Of a stretch of 64,000 nt of DNA, positions 58,125 through 64,000 are shown one piece after another. Origin of the DNA: Fumia sp. (GTDB lineage: Bacteria; Bacillota; Clostridia; Oscillospirales; Ruminococcaceae); NCBI GenBank assembly GCA_045615345.1, contig JAZLER010000016.1, forward strand, positions 17,981-81,980. The letters run 5' to 3'. The position numbers were made by a program, and so were the translations under genes. The notes beneath the pieces were generated by a model. That model made no database searches, was not told the origin of the DNA, and was given only the letters and a program-made list of their open reading frames with translations. Position 1 is the first letter of the stretch; every line of letters begins with the position of its first letter.

Positions 58125-58673
58125 ATGACTAATCTTGATAATAATCCGGTTATAGCCGCTGTCCGTTCAGAAACAGATTTAAAACAAGCGGTAGAAACTT
58201 CAGTGGAAATAATCTTCCTTTTGCGCTCCAGCATTCTTACACTCCCGAAAATGATTGAAACCGTTCATGCAAAAAACAAACTCATCTTTGTTCATTCCGA
58301 TTTTTCCGATGGAATAGGAAACGACAAAGACGGAATTGCCTACCTTAAAAGTTTAGGTGTTGATGGTATTATCAGTACAAGAAGTGTTATCATAAAATAT
58401 GCAAAGGAACTTGGCCTTTTAACTGTACAGCGATTTTTTATTGTCGATTCACATTCAATTGATACTGCTATCGATGCAATAAATATCGCCCGTCCCGATA
58501 TGATTGAAATTATGCCGGGCATTATGTCAAAGATTATCGAAAGATTTTCAGAAGCTGTACGCTTGCCTGTTATAGCAGGTGGCCTTATCGAAACAAAGCA
58601 AGAGGTTATTGATGCTTTAAGTGCAGGCGCAACAGGTATTTCAACAAACGCTAAAAAGCTCTGGAATGCATAA
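58125..58673 (+). CDS. glpP: Glycerol-3-phosphate-responsive antiterminator (GlpP family)
   Basis: PVIAAV, DGIIST, QRFFIVDS, EIMPG, IAGGLI. Confidence 0.9.
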   Translation: MTNLDNNPVIAAVRSETDLKQAVETSVEIIFLLRSSILTLPKMIETVHAKNKLIFVHSDFSDGIGNDKDGIAYLKSLGVDGIISTRSVIIKYAKELGLLTVQRFFIVDSHSIDTAIDAINIARPDMIEIMPGIMSKIIERFSEAVRLPVIAGGLIETKQEVIDALSAGATGISTNAKKLWNA

Positions 58674-58697
58674 AAGAGTGGTCTTATGACCACTCTT
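58674..58697. terminator. Bidirectional intrinsic terminator
   Basis: aagagtggtc-ttat-gaccactctt. Confidence 0.75.
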
Positions 58698-58876
58698 TAT
58701 ATATTTACCGGCAGACCGTTTTTCCCTTTTATGAAAACTTCGCAATCGTGTTTACACCCTTTGCTTTTAAAACAGTTTGTTTCGACTGTTCCATCCTCAT
58801 TGTGTATAATTTCAACTCCAATGTTTTCACCGCATTTGATACAGTATCGCACTTCAAAACTTTTATAGCTTCGCAT
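58697..58876 (-). CDS. Small Cys-rich (zinc-ribbon-like) hypothetical protein
   Basis: MRSYKSFEVRYCIKCGEN...NC.....C...C; GAGGA SD; ends at the terminator. Confidence 0.55.
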   Translation of the reverse strand: MRSYKSFEVRYCIKCGENIGVEIIHNEDGTVETNCFKSKGCKHDCEVFIKGKNGLPVNI

Positions 58877-58944
58877 AACATTCCTCACTTTCAAAGATAT
58901 TATATGCAACAATCCGCGAAAATATTTTTAAACTGTATACAAAT

Positions 58945-58976
58945 AAGAATATTTACCAATCCTTTTTCATAGAATG
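58945..58976 (+). promoter_or_regulatory. Sigma-E-like sporulation promoter
   Basis: gAATAttt ... CATAGAAT upstream of the YaaL-like gene; similar CATAAAAT upstream of yunB. Confidence 0.45.
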
Positions 58977-59004
58977 TATCAGTCTTTAAAAGGTGGTAAC
59001 TAAA

Positions 59005-59262
59005 ATGGAAGCAGTACTTAAAAACTTATTCGCTTTTGCAAAACGCACTCCCCCTGCCGATGAAAAATTACGATTAAAAGAGGACCTTAAGGATTTAAAA
59101 CTTCGTCTTGATGCCGCAAAAAGCAGATTTGAATTTGCAAGCGATGATGCTCAGATTGAAGCCACCATCTACGAGATGGAGTCGCTTTCTGTCCAGTACA
59201 GACATCTTTTAAGGCAGGCAAAAGAGTCAAAACTTAACTGTGACCCTCTGGAAAATTATTAA
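59005..59262 (+). CDS. YaaL/DUF2508-family protein
   Basis: A...FEFASD...IEATIYE......Y..LL..AK. Confidence 0.8.
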   Translation: MEAVLKNLFAFAKRTPPADEKLRLKEDLKDLKLRLDAAKSRFEFASDDAQIEATIYEMESLSVQYRHLLRQAKESKLNCDPLENY

Positions 59263-59289
59263 GCCCATACCTTCTGGTATGGGTTTAAT

Positions 59290-59586
59290 TTATTGTCCGT
59301 TAAGTTTATCAAGCTTTTTATTTCTCACATACATAAGAAGGTCAGCACTCACCATTATAAAATTAAGAACATAGAAAAAGAGTACATACCATTTCTGTGA
59401 AAAATTCGCCATATAGGTTTCATTTACAAGTTTTGAAGTGATACCCGCTATGTAACCAAAGAAAATGAGGAATAAAAACGCCAGACTTTTTCCTTTGGTA
59501 GTGCGTGCCTTATAGGATTTTATAACATTAAGCGGCCAGGATATTCCAAAACTTACTATCATTGTAATCTCTAAAAACTCCGCCAT
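59290..59586 (-). CDS. PQ-loop-like 3-TM membrane protein
   Basis: FGISWP...KSYKARTTKGKS..FL, FYVLN. Confidence 0.75.
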   Translation of the reverse strand: MAEFLEITMIVSFGISWPLNVIKSYKARTTKGKSLAFLFLIFFGYIAGITSKLVNETYMANFSQKWYVLFFYVLNFIMVSADLLMYVRNKKLDKLNGQ

Positions 59587-59587
59587 T

Positions 59588-60046
59588 TTATTCACCTTTA
59601 AAATAATTTTCAATAAAACTTCTCGATTTTTCGTTGTCCTGATTTATGCAAAGCACAACAAGATTTCCGTTTTCTACCATAACCGCCTTATTAATTCTCG
59701 CAACTTCTTCGGGAATATAGTTTTCATACTCTTTGCGTTTATCCTCAATGTATTCTGCAATTTCTTCTTTGAGTTCTTTCACAGCGATCTGATTTTTAGC
59801 CTTGAAAACTGCAACTTCCTCGGCAGTTGCGCCACTTCCAAGATACACGCAGACACTTTCCACGAGCTCTTCAACATCGTGAATATAAAAAGCCATTTCG
59901 CGGTCTATCGGCATAAGCTCGTCATCAAAATTCAAAGACTGAGAAATTGCCTTTGCAAATTCATCAACATTAACTGAACTGACAGCACTCTTACCGCAAG
60001 CCGTCAGAATAACAGCAACAAGCAACAACGCCAATATCCTTTTCAT
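59588..60046 (-). CDS. DUF4358-like lipoprotein
   Basis: LTAC lipobox; SGATAEEVAVF, YENYIP.E. Confidence 0.75.
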   Translation of the reverse strand: MKRILALLLVAVILTACGKSAVSSVNVDEFAKAISQSLNFDDELMPIDREMAFYIHDVEELVESVCVYLGSGATAEEVAVFKAKNQIAVKELKEEIAEYIEDKRKEYENYIPEEVARINKAVMVENGNLVVLCINQDNEKSRSFIENYFKGE

Positions 60047-60060
60047 ATAAACTCTCCTTT

Positions 60061-60867
60061 TTAAACTGCATTGTTTTTCAAATATTCAAGCCACAACACA
60101 CAATAACTCTTTTTAAGGTGTATTCCGTCAGATGCTGCATTGGAAGGAAGATAACCATTTTCATCAGTAACAGCCTCGGAAACATCAAGATATATTACAT
60201 TCTTTTCCTGTGCCATAGATTTTATGAGGGCGTTGTACCCGTTAATTTTTTCCATATTATAAATAGGATCGGATTTGGATTTTTCTTCGGTTACAGGCAA
60301 AACAGACTGAACATAAATCACTGTATCGGGATTTACTTCCCTTATTTTATCAATAAGTTCAGAATACTTCTCAATGAATATATCACTGTACACCCAGCCG
60401 AGCTCATTTATTCCAAGCATTATATAAACCTTGTTAAAGCTTTTACCCTCCTTAAGTGCTTCCACAACGGTATAATAGTTTTCATCAAGTTTTATAACCT
60501 GTTTATTGAGTGCAGTATCAACATTAAGCCCCTTATCCACATAGGCTGTAGTGTTTACAAGGCCGTTATAATAGATAAACCCCTGAGTCCTGGAATCGCC
60601 AATAAATACGGCATCGTCAAAATAACTTTCGGCTACTGCCGCTTTTGGAGGCTCAACATTAACTTCTGAATTATAAGTTATATCCCTTTTTTCGGTAACT
60701 TCGATACTTTCTTCAATTATACTTTCTTCTTCCGACACAACGATTATTTCGTCAGAAACTTCGGAAGAAGTCATCACTTCCTCCGCTTGATTTTCACAGG
60801 AAGCAATGCAAAAAAGAAGTATTATTGCAAAAAGCACAAGCACATAACCATTCTTTTTTACAAACAT
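60061..60867 (-). CDS. Exported SGNH/GDSL hydrolase
   Basis: FIGDSRT, MLGINE, DGIH; N-terminal hydrophobic/lipobox-like IASC. Confidence 0.85.
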   Translation of the reverse strand: MFVKKNGYVLVLFAIILLFCIASCENQAEEVMTSSEVSDEIIVVSEEESIIEESIEVTEKRDITYNSEVNVEPPKAAVAESYFDDAVFIGDSRTQGFIYYNGLVNTTAYVDKGLNVDTALNKQVIKLDENYYTVVEALKEGKSFNKVYIMLGINELGWVYSDIFIEKYSELIDKIREVNPDTVIYVQSVLPVTEEKSKSDPIYNMEKINGYNALIKSMAQEKNVIYLDVSEAVTDENGYLPSNAASDGIHLKKSYCVLWLEYLKNNAV

Positions 60868-60891
60868 ATTAAACTCCTTGATATAACAATA

Positions 60892-61037
60892 ATCGAATGT
60901 CAAAATAACAAATGTCATTTTGACGAGCCGATATTATCGGCTTTGCACAATTTTTAGTATAAAATAAAAATTGTGCTTCATTCTCGTTGCAATGAATATC
61001 GTCAAATTTAAAAAAATTTACTTTTTTGACATCGGAT
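60892..61037 (-). other. Multi-hairpin structured 5' leader of the SGNH operon
   Basis: Five consecutive hairpins bounded by a 14-bp imperfect inverted repeat; promoter TGgTATAAT at 61060-61068 (-). Confidence 0.5.
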
Positions 61038-61096
61038 AGTCATTATAATTGTAAATAACATTATACCACATTTTACGACAAAAGAAAAGTGAAAAT

Positions 61097-61765
61097 TTAT
61101 GGTGCCTTGTAATCGTTAATATCGCCAAGCAGTTCACTGTTTTCGGTAATCACCTGAGTATAGCTTTCGGGGACATTACCGACAATTATTGTTTCTGAAA
61201 GAATAAATTCAAAAGGCACTGTAACTTTTGGAGAAGCAAATGATGTAATTGCCATAATTTCAACCGAAATCAAAAGAGTTATATTGTGGCGTGATTGGTT
61301 AATTCCCGTATTCTCAAATTGACTTATAATCTTTGTTTCAAGTGCACCCACAGGAATAAATCTGCATTTGATATAAGGTCCTCTTGCGGATAAAATTCCA
61401 CTGCCTGTCAGATTTCCCAAAGGAATATTCATATTCCTTTCCGAAAGAAGGTTTAATCTTTCCATTACTTCTTTTATAATCTGAGTTTTTACATTATTGA
61501 TTTTTACAATCTCAGTTTCTACCGAAACTACTTTTCCTTCGATATCTTTGAGCACATCAACAGGAGCAAAATCGGGATTTTTTTCTAAAACCTCTGATAT
61601 GCTTTCATTAGCTGTTTCGGTTGCAAGCATTTTTGCAAAGTACTGAGCTCTTTCTGAAACTTCCCTTTTGAAAATTCTGCCTGCATATGTAAAGAGAGAA
61701 AGTATAATCAGCAAAATTAAAATAATAGCAGTCAGTCTGAAATTTATTTTCCGGCGTTTCCGCAT
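61097..61765 (-). CDS. yunB: Sporulation protein YunB
   Basis: IPLG.LTG...L..RGP, F...GINQSRH.I, ETIIVG.VP..Y. Confidence 0.9.
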   Translation of the reverse strand: MRKRRKINFRLTAIILILLIILSLFTYAGRIFKREVSERAQYFAKMLATETANESISEVLEKNPDFAPVDVLKDIEGKVVSVETEIVKINNVKTQIIKEVMERLNLLSERNMNIPLGNLTGSGILSARGPYIKCRFIPVGALETKIISQFENTGINQSRHNITLLISVEIMAITSFASPKVTVPFEFILSETIIVGNVPESYTQVITENSELLGDINDYKAP

Positions 61766-61803
61766 AAAAATCACCCTATTTATTTTATGCAAAAACAGTA
61801 CAT

Positions 61804-62289
61804 TTAGTTCAGTATCTGAGTTAAAACCTCTTCGGGATTTCTGCCGCTACAATCGATTATCACATCGGCATATTTTTCGTAAAGCGGAATTCTTTCATTA
61901 AAAAGTTCTTTCATACTCTGCCCTTTATTCAAGGCAATGCCTCTTGTTGCGACATTGTTAATTCTTCCCATCATCTCTTCAAACGAAAGCCTTAAATAAA
62001 CAACCTTTGAAATACTTTTTAAATATTCCATCGCCTTGTCATTGTATACAGCACTTCCGCCCGTTGCAATGACAGCACAATCAGGCAAAACCGACATAAT
62101 GGTTTCACCTTCATCCTTTACGAAATTCTCAAATCCAAGTTCATCCACAATCTGCTGTAAAAGTTTTTTGTGTTTTTTCTGAATAAGCAAATCGGTATCA
62201 ATAAAATCTGCGCCGATTTTTTTCGCAAGTAATACCCCGACAGTACTTTTCCCTGCCCCGGGCATACCGATTAAAGTAATATTTTTCAT
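61804..62289 (-). CDS. aroK: Shikimate kinase
   Basis: GMPGAGKST, DTD, ATGG, ER..LYEKYAD. Confidence 0.9.
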   Translation of the reverse strand: MKNITLIGMPGAGKSTVGVLLAKKIGADFIDTDLLIQKKHKKLLQQIVDELGFENFVKDEGETIMSVLPDCAVIATGGSAVYNDKAMEYLKSISKVVYLRLSFEEMMGRINNVATRGIALNKGQSMKELFNERIPLYEKYADVIIDCSGRNPEEVLTQILN

Positions 62290-63413
62290 TATTTATCTCC
62301 GTAGTACATAAACAGCTGACATTTAAGCATACCATTATAAAGTTTACGGCGTTTAGTTGCCTTTTTGCCGAAAATGTTTTCAAAGTTTTCATCAGGTGAA
62401 ATAATATAGCTGTTCAACCCCTTGTGACGCGCAAAAACTTCACCCATAGTTTTATAAATATCATGTGCTTCGTTAATGTTTAAAAGCCTTTCCCCGTAAG
62501 GAGGGTTTGTAACTATAACACCGGTTTCGGTAACAGGAGAAAAATCCTTTACATCGCGTATTCGTATACGGACTTTGGGTGCTACCTTTGCCTTGCTTGC
62601 ATTATTAAGAGCAAGTTCGACTGCATCGGGATCAATATCACTTCCGTAACCTGTAAAAGTTGCATCACGGCGGATTAAATCAAGGCCTCTCGCCCGTTCT
62701 TCCCTGAAGACTGATTCAGGGATACATCCCCAGTGCTGACAAGCAAACTTTCTGCCGATACCTGAGGGAATGTTTGCAGCTTTGAGTGCTGCTTCAATAA
62801 GCAAAGTTCCCGAACCGCAAAACGGGTCATAAAAAACTGTATCGCTTTTTACCCTTGCAAAATCTATCATACCTGCCGCAAGGGTTTCCTTGATAGGAGC
62901 CTCATTGGAGTTTTTACGGTAACCTCTTTTATGAAGTCCTGCTCCCGAGGTGTCGAGCATAATGGTAACCTTATCCTTTAAAATAGAGAACTGTATCTGG
63001 AAGACAGCCCCTGTTTCTTCAAACCAGGAAACGCCGTATTTTTCCTTTAAATGCTCTACTGCAGCTTTCTTTATTATCTTCTGACAGTCGGGTACACTGT
63101 GTAAAACAGAGTGTAAAGAATATCCCTTTACAGGGAATGCATCGTGCTTTCCGATAAAGTTTTCAAAAGGAATTTTGCGGGTTCCTTCAAAAAGCTCCTC
63201 AAAGCTTCTTGCCTCAAATTCCGAGAGTTTTATAAGCACTCTTTCAGCTGTACGAAGTGTCAGATTAGCCCTTGCTAAAATCGAATAGTCACCTGAAAAC
63301 TCAACCTTACCGTCAAAGGTTTCTACATCTTCCCCACCCATTCTTTTAACTTCACCTGAAAGCACGCTTTCAAGTCCGAACATACATGGTGCAATATACC
63401 TTAATTTTTCCAT
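62289..63413 (-). CDS. THUMP-domain RNA methyltransferase (RlmL/YpsC-like)
   Basis: LHKRGYR, APIKETLAA, DPFCGSGT, TNPPYGER. Confidence 0.92.
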   Translation of the reverse strand: MEKLRYIAPCMFGLESVLSGEVKRMGGEDVETFDGKVEFSGDYSILARANLTLRTAERVLIKLSEFEARSFEELFEGTRKIPFENFIGKHDAFPVKGYSLHSVLHSVPDCQKIIKKAAVEHLKEKYGVSWFEETGAVFQIQFSILKDKVTIMLDTSGAGLHKRGYRKNSNEAPIKETLAAGMIDFARVKSDTVFYDPFCGSGTLLIEAALKAANIPSGIGRKFACQHWGCIPESVFREERARGLDLIRRDATFTGYGSDIDPDAVELALNNASKAKVAPKVRIRIRDVKDFSPVTETGVIVTNPPYGERLLNINEAHDIYKTMGEVFARHKGLNSYIISPDENFENIFGKKATKRRKLYNGMLKCQLFMYYGDK

Positions 63414-63428
63414 TTTCTACTCCTTAAA

Positions 63429-63453
63429 AAAAGGCGGACTTAAGTCCGCCTTT
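63429..63453. terminator. Intrinsic terminator
   Basis: aaaggcggact-ta-agtccgccttt. Confidence 0.75.
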
Positions 63454-63510
63454 GATATCATATTAAGACGATATGTCTATTGTACCACGAAACTCGGAAT
63501 TTGAAAAGTA

Positions 63511-63999
63511 TTATTTTTCGGGAACAATAAGTCCATATCCTTCAGTCTTTCTCCGATAAACAACATTCACATCACCTGAGGCTGCATTGAGGAAAACAAA
63601 GAAATTATGCCCAAGCATATTCATCTGCAGAATTGCTTCTTCCTCGTCCATTGGGCGTAAAGCAACTTCCTTTACACGGATAACATCATACTGAGCTTCC
63701 TCATAAACTTCATCGGGAACAGCATCAAAGCCTGAGGCTTTGACTTTTTTCTGAAGTTTTGTCTTGTTTTTGCGAATGCGGCGAATAATGGTTTCGATAG
63801 CTGCATCCAAAGCTTCTGTTTTGCTTTCGTCTGTACGCTCTGCCCTGAAAACCATATTATTTGCCCAGACAGTAAGCTCAACAGTAGCCGTATCCTTTTG
63901 TGTGGAAACAGTGACCTGTGTCTTGAAATCATCGAAAAACTTATCGAGTTTTCCAAGTCGTTTCTCTGCTTTTTCCTTAAAAGCATCGCTTAAGTTAAT
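63511..63999 (-). CDS. hpf: Long ribosome hibernation promoting factor (5' end outside window)
   Basis: Frame extends upstream of the track ORF: INLSDAFKEKAEKRLGKLDKFF...; RIRKNKTKL; PMDEEEAILQMNMLGHNFFVF.N...VVYRRK..YGLI. Confidence 0.92.
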   Translation of the reverse strand: MNLSDAFKEKAEKRLGKLDKFFDDFKTQVTVSTQKDTATVELTVWANNMVFRAERTDESKTEALDAAIETIIRRIRKNKTKLQKKVKASGFDAVPDEVYEEAQYDVIRVKEVALRPMDEEEAILQMNMLGHNFFVFLNAASGDVNVVYRRKTEGYGLIVPEK

Positions 64000-64000
64000 C

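Overview
This window is low-GC, chromosomal-looking DNA from a spore-forming Clostridia-type bacterium (inferred from YunB, YaaL, sigma-E-like promoters, split MetH and long HPF). About 1-50 kb is a patchwork of carbohydrate-catabolic modules. These include a DeoR-controlled 10-gene operon for an unidentified N-acylated sugar or sugar acid (TIM-like, SIS, YjbQ, DapA-like aldolase, FGGY kinase, NagA-like, ceramidase-like, NagB-like, tandem V4R-like, FSA). Next to it are a glycyl radical enzyme with an atypical GCNQ loop, a sialidase-like/AraC-remnant fusion and an araM/gno-like operon, which share a 29-bp upstream box. Further modules are a GH94 phosphorylase, a deoC module, a GH42/GH5-like/lyxose isomerase/fructokinase locus, and a second FGGY/isomerase/ceramidase-like/MFS/BNR locus. 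A udg-metF-metH operon sits among these modules, and housekeeping and sporulation genes fill the last ~13 kb. No rRNA, tRNA, CRISPR array, transposase or integrase was seen. The most striking non-coding signal is two ~200-nt intergenic elements (21424-21624 and 36319-36538). They have different sequences but the same architecture: a leading hairpin, four heptamer+hairpin units, a closing stem, then four reverse-complement heptamers separated by hairpins. Also noted are two divergent 'small regulator + tiny ORF' cassettes, a candidate anti-SD sRNA and a structured 5' leader. All calls are from motif reading by eye; no database searches were run.
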